Source: a bacterium
Lineage (GTDB): Bacteria; UBA8248
NCBI GenBank assembly: GCA_965261085.1
Contig: OZ253442.1
Span: 2,022,920-2,086,919, forward strand
Length of the DNA: 64,000 nt
Direction of reading: 5' to 3'
Part shown: positions 17,119 through 26,541 of the stretch, piece after piece
How the letters are laid out: every line of letters begins with the position of its first letter
Position numbering within the stretch: position 1 is the first letter of the stretch
Position numbers and translations under genes: made by a program
Notes under the pieces: generated by a model
What the model saw: the letters and a program-made list of their open reading frames with translations, nothing else
The model's database searches: none
What the model was told of the DNA's origin: nothing

Positions 17119-19065
17119 TCATCGCGCCTCTTTGATGGCGTAGAGAAACTCCGGCGCCTCGATGGAAGAAGTGTCGATGTTCGCGGGGTCCTCGCCCAGA
17201 TATATCTTCTTGATGGCGCCGCGCACGATCTTCGCCGAGCGCGTCTTGGGCAGCGCCTCGACGAACTTGACCTCATCGGGCCTGAGGCTTTTTCCGAGAT
17301 ATTTGACGGTTTCTTCCTTGAGTGTTTCTCGCAGCGCGTCGGTCGGTTCATGGCCCGCGCTCAATACCACGAAACAGCAAAGGCCCTCGCCCTTGATGGG
17401 GTGCGGCGCGCCGATGACGGCGGCCTCCACCACGGCGGGATGCCCGATGAGGGCGGATTCCACCTCGGCGGGCCCCACGCGCTTGCCCGCGACGTTGATG
17501 GTGTCGTCCGAACGCCCGAAGAGATACCACTGCCCGTCCTCATCCAGGCGCGCCCAGTCGCCGTGGTACCACACGTTCGGCCAGCGGGAGAAATACGTTT
17601 CGATGAAGCGCTCATCGTCTTTCAGGAAACCCTTGGTCATCGAGGGGACGGGCTGTTTGAGCACGAGATGGCCGATTTCCCCGCGCACGGGCCGGCCCTC
17701 TTCGTTGAACACGTCGGCGTCCGAACCCAGGGCCGGGCCGCCAAGGGAGCACGGCGTGAGCGGAACGATGGGGTAGGGCTGGAGTATGCAGCCGCAAAGC
17801 TCGGTGCCGCCCGATATGTTCATGACGGGACACCGCCCGCCGCCTACCTTTTCGAAGTACCACATGTAGGATTCCGGGTCCCAGGGCTCTCCGGTGGAGG
17901 CCAGCACGCGCAGTGAGGAGAGGTCGTGTTTTTCCACCCATTCATCGCCCATGCTGATGAGGAGCCGCACGGCGGTGGGCGAGACGCCGAAGATGGTGAC
18001 CCCGTGATCGCTCAGGAGTTTCCAGAGCCTGTCGGGTTCGGGCCAGTTGGGCGCGCCATCGTAGATGAGATAAGTGCCGCCCCCGAACTGAACGCCTATC
18101 ATCTCCCACGGACCCATCATCCAGCCGATGTCCGTCACCCAGAACAAGACGTCCTCATCGCGCAGGTCCATGCAATAGCGAATCTCCTTTGACACGTTGA
18201 GCATGCAGCCCGCGTGGGTGTGCATCGTGCCTTTCGGCTTTCCGGTGGTGCCGGACGTATAGATGATGAGGGAGAGGGCCTCGGCGGGCAGGCGTTCTGT
18301 TTCGGCCTCCTCGGATTGGCCAGCGATAAAATCGTCCCAATAAACGTCGCGCCCTTTCTGCATGGGGACGCTCGTTTCGGTTCTTTGGAAGACGACGACT
18401 TTCTCGACCTGGGTCCCGGCTTCGAGCGCCTGATCCATCAGGGCCTTTACACCCACTTCCTTGCCCCGGCGCATCCCGCCGTTCGAGGTGAAGACGAGCC
18501 GCGCCTCGGCGTGGTCGAGTCGCTCGGTGACGGCTTCCGGGCCGAAGCCCGAAAAGATGGGAATCGCGATCACCCCGATTTTCAGGCACGCGAACATGGC
18601 GAAGACGGTCTCCGGGATCATGGGCATGAAGATGCCGGCGCTGTCTCCGGGGCGCATCCCCATCTCGCGCATGGCGTTCGCGAGGCGGCAGACCTGCGCG
18701 TTCATCTCCGCGTAGGTGTAACGGCGCACTTCGCCCCCGTCTCCCTCCCAGATGAGGGCCGTCTTGTCGCGCGTGGGCGTCTCAAGATGCCTGTCGATGC
18801 AGTTGTGGACGATGTTGAGCTCCCCGCCCAGGAACCACTTCGTCCAGGGCAGGCCGCCCGATGAGTCCATTACCTGGTCATAGCGCCTGTACCAGGAGAC
18901 GCCCATGTCCTTCTCAATCGCCTCCCAGAAGCGGGCGACGTCTTCCCGGAAAAAATCGAGCAACGCCTCGTAGCTCGCCAGCCCCTGTTTTTTCATGAAG
19001 CGGGCGACGTTCGAGTTTTCGAGAAAATCCTCATTGGGCCGCCAGATGATGTCCTGTACGCTCAT
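17119..19065 (-). CDS. AMP-forming acyl-CoA synthetase (acetyl/propionyl-CoA synthetase-like)
   Basis: 648 aa with YTSGTTGKPKG, GDWARLDEDGQWYLFGRSDD and PKTRSAKIVR. Confidence 0.85.
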   Translation of the reverse strand: MSVQDIIWRPNEDFLENSNVARFMKKQGLASYEALLDFFREDVARFWEAIEKDMGVSWYRRYDQVMDSSGGLPWTKWFLGGELNIVHNCIDRHLETPTRDKTALIWEGDGGEVRRYTYAEMNAQVCRLANAMREMGMRPGDSAGIFMPMIPETVFAMFACLKIGVIAIPIFSGFGPEAVTERLDHAEARLVFTSNGGMRRGKEVGVKALMDQALEAGTQVEKVVVFQRTETSVPMQKGRDVYWDDFIAGQSEEAETERLPAEALSLIIYTSGTTGKPKGTMHTHAGCMLNVSKEIRYCMDLRDEDVLFWVTDIGWMMGPWEMIGVQFGGGTYLIYDGAPNWPEPDRLWKLLSDHGVTIFGVSPTAVRLLISMGDEWVEKHDLSSLRVLASTGEPWDPESYMWYFEKVGGGRCPVMNISGGTELCGCILQPYPIVPLTPCSLGGPALGSDADVFNEEGRPVRGEIGHLVLKQPVPSMTKGFLKDDERFIETYFSRWPNVWYHGDWARLDEDGQWYLFGRSDDTINVAGKRVGPAEVESALIGHPAVVEAAVIGAPHPIKGEGLCCFVVLSAGHEPTDALRETLKEETVKYLGKSLRPDEVKFVEALPKTRSAKIVRGAIKKIYLGEDPANIDTSSIEAPEFLYAIKEAR

Positions 19066-19082
19066 GGGTTTTCCTTAATCAG

Positions 19083-19955
19083 TCATAAAATTTTACGGTT
19101 GTAGGCCAAACGCATGAGTTCTTTTAACGCATCGGCGTGGTTCTTGATATCGCCCTTATTTAGCTGAACCTCATAAGTTTGTTTTTTGTACTCAAAGTCG
19201 AGATCGGTTTGTTCGAGTTGTTGTTCGATTTCTTGTGATTTCTCAAGAAAAACGATGAGACGAAGAAGATTTTTCCGGGGTTTAAGCCGAATCAAGCTGT
19301 TGACCCGACCATCTTTCGAGAGACCAATGTATTGTTTGTTGTACTTTGGTTCCAATTCGGCGTCGAAGTCTTTCACCATTTCCAAAAGTTGCTCGGCGAG
19401 TAAAACTGTGGCTTTGGACCCACGTTGTTCCCAATATGACCGATCCGCAGGTGGTTGTCTTTCTTCGTCCTCTTCTACCAGTCCTCGCGTCAGCTCATCC
19501 ATCACGGTCGTGAATACCAGCGAGGTGTATTCTTCGATCTTCAAGGCCTGAAACTGAATCGCGACTAAAGGAATCGCGCCGTTGAAGAGGGAAACGACGT
19601 TCAGAAATCGGCTGGTGACGTTCTCCGCGACCAAAACGGCGCAATGCTCGTACTGCGGATACCGCTTTCGCTCGATATCCCAATACTCAATTGTGCGAAT
19701 GATATGCGATTCGTCGGTTGCTCCGAGTTGAATTTCCACCTCATACCTGCGGTCTGTGTCCGGATCTTGGAGCAACATATCCAAACGACCTGCCCCAGGC
19801 TGTTTACGCTCGGTGTCCCTCAAAACAAGATCGCCGAGGCCGAGGAGGGAAGGATCGTCGGAGATTAGTCTCTGAACCCATTTTTCGTCCAATTCAGGAT
19901 GATTTTTCAGCCAAATTCTCTCAGGCTTAACGTATCCCCCTACACCCATTTCCAT
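19083..19955 (-). CDS. PD-(D/E)XK nuclease-like protein with DUF5655-like C-terminal half
   Basis: GRLDMLLQD...YEVEIQLG is a D...E-x-Q variant of the nuclease motif, followed by HIIRTIEYW. The C-terminal YIGLSKDGRVNSLIRLKPRKNLLRL pattern is also present. ATG 19955 is preceded by GGAGGT. The gene is AT-richer than its flanks. Confidence 0.55.
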   Translation of the reverse strand: MEMGVGGYVKPERIWLKNHPELDEKWVQRLISDDPSLLGLGDLVLRDTERKQPGAGRLDMLLQDPDTDRRYEVEIQLGATDESHIIRTIEYWDIERKRYPQYEHCAVLVAENVTSRFLNVVSLFNGAIPLVAIQFQALKIEEYTSLVFTTVMDELTRGLVEEDEERQPPADRSYWEQRGSKATVLLAEQLLEMVKDFDAELEPKYNKQYIGLSKDGRVNSLIRLKPRKNLLRLIVFLEKSQEIEQQLEQTDLDFEYKKQTYEVQLNKGDIKNHADALKELMRLAYNRKIL

Positions 19956-19971
19956 TCTATCTACCTCCACT

Positions 19972-21918
19972 TCACACCGCCTCCCTGATGGCGTCCAGGT
20001 GCGCGGGGTTTTCGAGCGAGTTCAGGTCCATGTGGTCCACAGGCTCGCCCAGATAGACTTTCTTGATGGCGTTGCGCACGATTTTAGCCGATCGCGTCTT
20101 GGGCAGGGCTTTGACGAACCTGACCTCATCGGGCCTCAAGCTCTTGCCGAGATATTCGACCGCCTGATCTTTCAGCTCCTCGCGCAGGGCGTCGCTCGGC
20201 TGATAGGAGTCGTGCATGACGACGAAGCAAGTCAAGCCTTCTCCCTTCACCGGGTGCGGCGTTCCCACGACGGCGGCCTCGATGACGCCGGGGTGCTTGA
20301 TGAGTTCCGATTCGATTTCGTTGGGGCCCACGCGCTTGCCCGATACCTTGATGGTGTCGTCCGAGCGGCCGTAGAGATACCAGAGCCCCTTCTCGTCCAC
20401 CTTGGCCCAGTCGCCGTGGTACCACACGCCCTCCCAGCGCGAGAAATAGGTCTCGAGGTAGCGTTCGGGCTCCTTCCAGAAACCGTTGGTGAGCGAGGGA
20501 ATGGGCTGTTTGAGCACGAGGTGGCCCACCTCGCCGCGAACCGGCTTGGCGTCTTCGCCGAACACGTCGGTGTCCGTGCCCATGGAGGGGCCGCCCACCG
20601 TGCAAGGTGCGAGTTCCATGACGGGCAGGGGTTGTAAGAGGCAGGCGCCTATTTCCGTGCCGCCCGATATGTTCATGACGGGGCACCGCCCGCCGCCCAC
20701 CTTGTTGAAATACCACATGTAGGATTCCGGGTCCCAGGGTTCGCCCGTGGAGCCGAGCACCCTGAGCGAAGAAAGATCGTGGTTTTCCACCCACTCATCG
20801 CCCGCGCTTATCAGCACGCGCACCGCCGTGGGCGAAAGGCCCAGGTGGGTGACCCCGTGTTTGGCGATGATTCGCCACAGCCTGTCGGGCGTGGGGTGGT
20901 TCGGCACGCTCTCGTACAGCAGGCACGAATGGCCGCTGAAGTGAGAGCCCACGAGTTCATAAGGCGCCATGACCCACCCGAAGTCCGTGACCCAGAAGAC
21001 CGTGTCGCCGTCTCGCATGTCGAGGCAATACTTGAGTTCGCGACCCGGGCCGCTCATGAGGCCCGCGTGGGTGTAGACGGTGCCCTTGGGCTTGCCGGTG
21101 GTGCCCGAGGTGTACATGATCATCGAGACGGCGTCGGAGGGAAGGCGCGCCGTTTCGGCTTCGGTTGATTTTCCCGCAACAAACTCGTCCCAGGTGACGT
21201 CGCGTCCTTCCTTCATGGGAACGGCGTCGCCCGAGCGCTCGAGGACGACCACTTTTTCGACCTTCGTGCCGCGCTCGAGCGCTGCATCCACCGTGCCCTT
21301 CAGGGGAACCTTCTTGCCCCGGCGGACGGCGCCGTCCACCGTGAAGAGAATGCGCGCTTCTGCGTGTATGAGGCGTTCGGCCAGACCCTCGGGGCCGAAG
21401 CCCGAAAACACGGGCAGCACGGCCACCCCCGTCTTGAAGCACGCATACATGACGATGGCGGCTTCAGGCACCATGGGGAGGAACACGCCCGCCACGTCGC
21501 CGGGTTTGAGGCCCATCTCGCGCATGGCGTTCGCAAGACGTGAGACCTCCGCTGAGAGTTCGGCGTAGGTGAACGTGCGCGCTTCGCCCCCGTCGCTCTC
21601 CCAGACGAGCGCGGTCTGATCCTTGCGGCCGCCCTCCACGTGGCGGTCGATGCAGTTCAAGACGATGTTCGTCTCCCCGCCGATGAACCACTTCGCCCAC
21701 GGGAAGCCGCCGCTCAGGTCGAGAAGCTCATCATAAGGCCTGTACCATTCAAGCCCCATGTCTTCGAGCACGATCTCCCAGAAGCGCCGGATGTCCTCGA
21801 CCGACCACCTGAGAAACTCGCGGTAATCCGAGATGCCGAGCTTTTTCATCAGCTTGGCGACGTGGCTGTTCGTCAGAAAATCCTCATCCGGCCGCCAAAT
21901 GATGTCCGAGGCGTTCAC
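19972..21918 (-). CDS. AMP-forming acyl-CoA synthetase, paralogue
   Basis: Collinear with 17119..19065 (same 648 aa length), with YTSGTTGKPKG and PKTRSAKIVR. The GTG start at 21918 follows GGAGGG. The longer ORF overlaps the upstream gene. Confidence 0.85.
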   Translation of the reverse strand: MNASDIIWRPDEDFLTNSHVAKLMKKLGISDYREFLRWSVEDIRRFWEIVLEDMGLEWYRPYDELLDLSGGFPWAKWFIGGETNIVLNCIDRHVEGGRKDQTALVWESDGGEARTFTYAELSAEVSRLANAMREMGLKPGDVAGVFLPMVPEAAIVMYACFKTGVAVLPVFSGFGPEGLAERLIHAEARILFTVDGAVRRGKKVPLKGTVDAALERGTKVEKVVVLERSGDAVPMKEGRDVTWDEFVAGKSTEAETARLPSDAVSMIMYTSGTTGKPKGTVYTHAGLMSGPGRELKYCLDMRDGDTVFWVTDFGWVMAPYELVGSHFSGHSCLLYESVPNHPTPDRLWRIIAKHGVTHLGLSPTAVRVLISAGDEWVENHDLSSLRVLGSTGEPWDPESYMWYFNKVGGGRCPVMNISGGTEIGACLLQPLPVMELAPCTVGGPSMGTDTDVFGEDAKPVRGEVGHLVLKQPIPSLTNGFWKEPERYLETYFSRWEGVWYHGDWAKVDEKGLWYLYGRSDDTIKVSGKRVGPNEIESELIKHPGVIEAAVVGTPHPVKGEGLTCFVVMHDSYQPSDALREELKDQAVEYLGKSLRPDEVRFVKALPKTRSAKIVRNAIKKVYLGEPVDHMDLNSLENPAHLDAIREAV

Positions 21919-21934
21919 TTGAATGTACCCTCCG

Positions 21935-22750
21935 CTATTTTCTGGCGTTATCGTTCGTCCACACCTTGAAACCATGCGCGACGTACTCATCGACCACGCC
22001 CCACTTGCCGGCCTCGACCTTCGCCGGTGGGTCGTGTTCACCCGCGGCCACTTCTTCCGCGAACTGCGCCATTCGCCCGATGATGGCGATATCCTCGCAC
22101 GGGTCGGTATGGCCCGAGCAGACGAATTTCGCGTCGTTTTCTTCCGCGATTTTATCGAGCCTCCGCATCGAAGGCCCGTATTCGGACAAGACGGCCGTGG
22201 GAACCTGAATGAACAGCGGCTGGCCGGGTTTTACGAGGTCACCCGAGATCAAGACGCGCTCTTTCTCGTCATACAAGGAGATGCTGCAGGGCGAGTGGCC
22301 CGGCGTGTCGTAGACCTGAATTTTTCTGCCCCCAAGGTCGATTGTATCGCCTTCGGACACCGCCCAGCCGAACTTTCCGGGCGGTATGGTGAAGGTGTCG
22401 GGGTCGAACCCTTCGGGAAAAGGTTTACCGTCCCAGGTTTTTACGAAATCCCGGCAACCCGCGGTGTAGTCGTTCGCGAGCTTGTCCTTGCCGTTGGGGT
22501 GAACGCCCACCGCCTCCCATTCATGTGCCGCGCCCACGTGATCCCAGTGCGTGTGGGTGAGCACGTGCTCCACAGGCAGATCGGTAATGGACTCGCATAG
22601 CCTGCGCACGCCGCCCACGCCGATTCCGCCGTCGAGCGAGAGGGCCTTTTCCTCTCCGACGAGCAGGAACATGTTCCACCGCCCGGCTTCTGATATCTGA
22701 TAGGTGTCCGGCGCGAACTCGATGACCTCATACCAGCCTTGCGTATCCAT
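21935..22750 (-). CDS. MBL-fold metallo-hydrolase
   Basis: HTHWDHVG (HxHxDH) motif. 271 aa from MDTQGWYEV. Confidence 0.8.
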   Translation of the reverse strand: MDTQGWYEVIEFAPDTYQISEAGRWNMFLLVGEEKALSLDGGIGVGGVRRLCESITDLPVEHVLTHTHWDHVGAAHEWEAVGVHPNGKDKLANDYTAGCRDFVKTWDGKPFPEGFDPDTFTIPPGKFGWAVSEGDTIDLGGRKIQVYDTPGHSPCSISLYDEKERVLISGDLVKPGQPLFIQVPTAVLSEYGPSMRRLDKIAEENDAKFVCSGHTDPCEDIAIIGRMAQFAEEVAAGEHDPPAKVEAGKWGVVDEYVAHGFKVWTNDNARK

Positions 22751-22769
22751 GGCGTCTCGTCTATTCGGG

Positions 22770-23591
22770 TTACTTTCTCGCGTGATCCTGAATCCACACC
22801 TTGGCGCGGGGGAACACGTATTCATCCACCTCGCCCCACGCGCCGCCGTCCACCTTGGCGGGCGGGTCGTACTTGCCCGCTTCGAGATCCTCCATGTTCT
22901 GCGCCAACTCGCCGATGATGGAGGAGTCCGGGTAGGGGTCGGTGTGGCCCGAGGTGATCCAGCGCACCTCGTTCTCCGCGGCGACTTTCTCGAGTTTGCG
23001 CAGTGAGGGAGCGTAGTCGGAGAGCACCGCCGTGGGCACCTGGAGGAAGAGGTATTCCTCACAGCGAATCAGGTCGCCCGAGACGAGAATTTTCTCGCGC
23101 TCATCGTAGAGCGAGATGCTGCAAGGCGAGTGTCCGGGCGTCTCATACACGTGGAACTTCCTGTTGCCCAGGTCGAAGGTATCGCCCTCTTCGAGCGTCC
23201 AGCCGAACGTGGCGGGCTTGATGGTGTAGGCCGCCTCGTCGAACCACTCGGGGAAGGTGTTTCCGTTGTTCTTCCACATGTTCAAAAAACCCTGCTCCAG
23301 TTTCGATAAATCGTTGGCGAGCAGGGTTTCGCCGACCGGGTGAACGCCCACCTTCTCCCATTGCGAGGCCGCCCCCACGTGGTCCCAGTGCGTGTGGGTG
23401 AGGATGAAGTCGATGGGCTTGTCCGTGATGCTCTCGTAGAGTTTCCTTAAGTTTCCGATGCCGATGCCGCCGTCGATGGCGACCGCCTTGTCGTCTCCCA
23501 CCAGGAGGAGCATGTTGAACCTGCCGCCCTCGGTGATTTGGTAGCTGCCCGGTGCGAATTCATTGACGGAATACCAGTCCTGGGTTTCCAT
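22770..23591 (-). CDS. MBL-fold metallo-hydrolase, paralogue
   Basis: METQDWYSV..., HTHWDHVG, collinear with 21935..22750. Confidence 0.8.
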   Translation of the reverse strand: METQDWYSVNEFAPGSYQITEGGRFNMLLLVGDDKAVAIDGGIGIGNLRKLYESITDKPIDFILTHTHWDHVGAASQWEKVGVHPVGETLLANDLSKLEQGFLNMWKNNGNTFPEWFDEAAYTIKPATFGWTLEEGDTFDLGNRKFHVYETPGHSPCSISLYDEREKILVSGDLIRCEEYLFLQVPTAVLSDYAPSLRKLEKVAAENEVRWITSGHTDPYPDSSIIGELAQNMEDLEAGKYDPPAKVDGGAWGEVDEYVFPRAKVWIQDHARK

Positions 23592-23828
23592 GGAAGCGCC
23601 TTTCTGCTTGAGGGATAAGAATTCGTTCGCCTTTCGATGGGGGCGTCCTCGCCCCTGCCATCGGTACGAATAGATGGTCTTAATCTAGCCCCATTGCCCC
23701 GCGCGAATCAAGCGAGGGCGCGGTTGGCTTAATTTAGAAATGTTGATGGTGGCATACGCCTATGCTAAAGTGTTAATGAGTGATGGATAGATGAAATGCC
23801 TCGTTTTCTAGTCACAAGGAGTGAGAAC

Positions 23829-24119
23829 ATGGAGTTGCAATTTTTAGACGAACGTCCTATCAGTGTGCAGAACACAGCCAGAGTGTATCAATTTGAAGAT
23901 TGCAAAGTATATCGGATAGATGGTTTTGATTATATAGAAACTAAAGATACAGTATCGTGTGCGAAGCGTCATTTTCCCCCACTTGGATACGACCCCTGCC
24001 CTAAATGCAATCCACTAAATGATGTACATGAGGACGGAAGGTCATTAGACCCAGTCTGCCGTGTTTGTTCTCATTGCGGTGGTAGTGCAATCGTACGAAG
24101 CAACAAACCGCTGTTTTAG
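23829..24119 (+). CDS. AT-rich orphan Cys-rich protein
   Basis: The ATG is preceded by GGAG. CPKCNP...CRVCSHCGG suggests a zinc ribbon. I recognised no family. Confidence 0.4.
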   Translation: MELQFLDERPISVQNTARVYQFEDCKVYRIDGFDYIETKDTVSCAKRHFPPLGYDPCPKCNPLNDVHEDGRSLDPVCRVCSHCGGSAIVRSNKPLF

Positions 24120-24176
24120 CTTGTCCTAATATACTTTTCTGCCCCTAAGCTTCTCCCCTGAATAGCATTCCCGACC

Positions 24177-25088
24177 TCAGCCCTTGAATACGGGCGTCGG
24201 CTGGCTGAAAAACCGCTCGATGAGATAATAGACCAAACGATGGTTTTTCTCCTGGAGGCTGGCGTGGGCGATGCCGGGCATCATGACGAACTGCTTGTCC
24301 GGGTTCGGCAGCAACTTGAAGAATTCCAGCAGATCATCGAGATGGGCGATTCCGTCGAACTGCCCGCGCGTAATCATCACCGAAGCGGTGATTTTTTTGG
24401 GGTTCACCAGGGGCAGGCGCTCGCACATGTCGATATACGTGCCGTTGGGGATGGTGTCGTCGAGCGCGCAGATCGCTTTTGCGTATTCATCTATGACGTC
24501 GCGGTACGCCGTGCCGGGATGATCGCGCGTGAAGATGCTCTTGATGAAAGCCGGATCGACGGGTCTTCTCGACGTGGAAGCCACGCCTTCGAATCGCTTG
24601 CTTCTCTCCTTGAGCGTGGGGCTTCCTTCGCCCGTCCACACGAAGGCGTCGAGAATCAGCCGCTTCACCCGCCTTGGGTTTTTCTGCGCGAACAAAGCGG
24701 CTCGCAGCGCGCCGGATGAAATGCCGTAGAGGTGAAGCGCGCTCGCCTTGCCGACTCGCCGTATCTCGTTCGCCGCCGCCAGGAGGTCCCTTGCGCCGCG
24801 CTCGACGCCGCAGGAGACACGCCTGGTTTTGGTGGATCTGCCGTAACCCTCGCAATCCACGCACCAGACGTCGTAGCCGCGCTCGGCGAGATAGTCCATC
24901 AAGGAGTATTCGGGCCGGCTTTTCACCTGGAGATCGAATGTGGGCGTGGAGGCCATGGATGAGCCGTGCGCGAGGAGCACGGCGCCTTGCGGCTTTGCCG
25001 GCCCCGCTTTTCGCTTTCTCCACAAGAACAAATCGGCCCCGTCGTGATGCGCCCAATGTTCGGTGCCCGTGATTTTTGTTTTCGGCAT
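24177..25088 (-). CDS. Alpha/beta hydrolase
   Basis: HGSSMAS oxyanion region and GISSG nucleophile elbow. 303 aa. Confidence 0.75.
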   Translation of the reverse strand: MPKTKITGTEHWAHHDGADLFLWRKRKAGPAKPQGAVLLAHGSSMASTPTFDLQVKSRPEYSLMDYLAERGYDVWCVDCEGYGRSTKTRRVSCGVERGARDLLAAANEIRRVGKASALHLYGISSGALRAALFAQKNPRRVKRLILDAFVWTGEGSPTLKERSKRFEGVASTSRRPVDPAFIKSIFTRDHPGTAYRDVIDEYAKAICALDDTIPNGTYIDMCERLPLVNPKKITASVMITRGQFDGIAHLDDLLEFFKLLPNPDKQFVMMPGIAHASLQEKNHRLVYYLIERFFSQPTPVFKG

Positions 25089-25203
25089 GGGTATCCTTCT
25101 CTCAAGAATGAAAATCGTTTGTGCAAACCGCGCTTCCTGTGGGATTCTCGAATCAGCGTAATATGAGAGCGGAAAAATGAAAAATCACAAAAAGGGGTTT
25201 TAA

Positions 25204-25614
25204 GTGGAATTCCGATACGATCACGTACACTTCCTGACGCGCGACGTGCGCGCGATGGCGGATTTTTTCGAAAACATATTCGAACTCGATCTCATCTCCT
25301 ACGAGGAGGATTTCAAGGGCGCGCCCTACGCCATCTACAAACTCGGGGAGGGGGACCTGCGCATCCGGGGCTACCGCCCGGGCGACGACCCGGACGCCGT
25401 AGCGCCTGCGCTGACGCACGGCCTGGATCACCTGGGCGTCGCGGTGGACGACGTGGCGGCGAGCGTCGCCCGTTTGGAAGAGCGCGGGGCGGAGGTTTCG
25501 ATGCCGCCCGTGGCCGCGGGAGTGGGCGGCCGCATGATCGCCTTCATCAAGGGGCCCGAGAACATTCGCGTCGAAATTTGCGAGCGGCCCAGCACTTCCG
25601 GGGAGAGCGATTGA
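25204..25614 (+). CDS. VOC (glyoxalase/bleomycin-resistance/dioxygenase) family protein
   Basis: YDHVHFLTRDVRAMADFF and LDHLGVAVDD repeat modules. GTG start. Confidence 0.7.
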   Translation: MEFRYDHVHFLTRDVRAMADFFENIFELDLISYEEDFKGAPYAIYKLGEGDLRIRGYRPGDDPDAVAPALTHGLDHLGVAVDDVAASVARLEERGAEVSMPPVAAGVGGRMIAFIKGPENIRVEICERPSTSGESD

Positions 25615-25655
25615 CCAGCCGCCCGGCCTCCCCGAAATCATCCGCCGATGGGGGA

Positions 25656-26531
25656 ATGACGCTCGAACTGGTGTTGGGCTCGTTGCTCCTCACGATGGTG
25701 TGGGGCATGGCGCAGCCCGTCATCAAGGGCGCCTACGCGGGCGTCACCCCCTACGCCATGATATGGATGCGCTGCTGCACGGGGGTCTTGACTCTCACGC
25801 TTTACAGGCTGCTGATGCGCATCCCAGATAGCGTGACCCACCACGACCCCTGGAAGGAGAAGGGCCACCGCATCCTGAACGCCCTCATGCACAACGTCTA
25901 TGTCTGGTTCCTCTATCAGGGGATGTTCGGAACCGCCGCCGCGCGCGCCTCGGTGCTGCTCTACTCGCAACCCGTCTGGGTGATGCTCCTGAGCGCCGCC
26001 TTTCTCACCGGTGAGCGCATCACCCTGGTGCGGGCGCTGGGCTTCGCCACGGCGATGGCGGGCACCGTGACGGTGTTCTCGAACAGCATGGGAGCGGGAA
26101 GCTCCCTCCGGGCGGAATTTTACATCCTGATCGCCGCCGCCGGATGGGCGACGCAGACGATCCACTACCGCCGGTATCTCGGAAATTCAGACGTTACCTC
26201 GATCGCCAGATGGGCCATGCTCATCGGAGCGCCGACCTATTTCCTCCTGTCTTTCTCTCAGCCCAATTTCGGCATCACCCATATTGGCGGCCCGCAGATT
26301 TTCGCGGTGTTCTACATGGGCGTCATAGCGAGCGCGCTTCTTCTGGCCTACTGGGGCCATCTGCTGCTCCGCTACTCACCCGCCAAGATATCGGTGTTCT
26401 TCTTCATGACGCCCATCGTCGGCGTGGTGGGCAGCGGCCTCTACCTGGGCGAGCAGTTGGGATGGCATCTGCTAATCGGCGCCGCCCTGACGGCGGCGGG
26501 CGTGTGGCTCGTGACGGGGGAGAGGAGATAG
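25656..26531 (+). CDS. EamA/DMT-family transporter
   Basis: Polytopic, with two EamA-like halves. Start trimmed to MTLELVLG. Confidence 0.7.
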   Translation: MTLELVLGSLLLTMVWGMAQPVIKGAYAGVTPYAMIWMRCCTGVLTLTLYRLLMRIPDSVTHHDPWKEKGHRILNALMHNVYVWFLYQGMFGTAAARASVLLYSQPVWVMLLSAAFLTGERITLVRALGFATAMAGTVTVFSNSMGAGSSLRAEFYILIAAAGWATQTIHYRRYLGNSDVTSIARWAMLIGAPTYFLLSFSQPNFGITHIGGPQIFAVFYMGVIASALLLAYWGHLLLRYSPAKISVFFFMTPIVGVVGSGLYLGEQLGWHLLIGAALTAAGVWLVTGERR

Positions 26532-26541
26532 TTTTGGCGCT

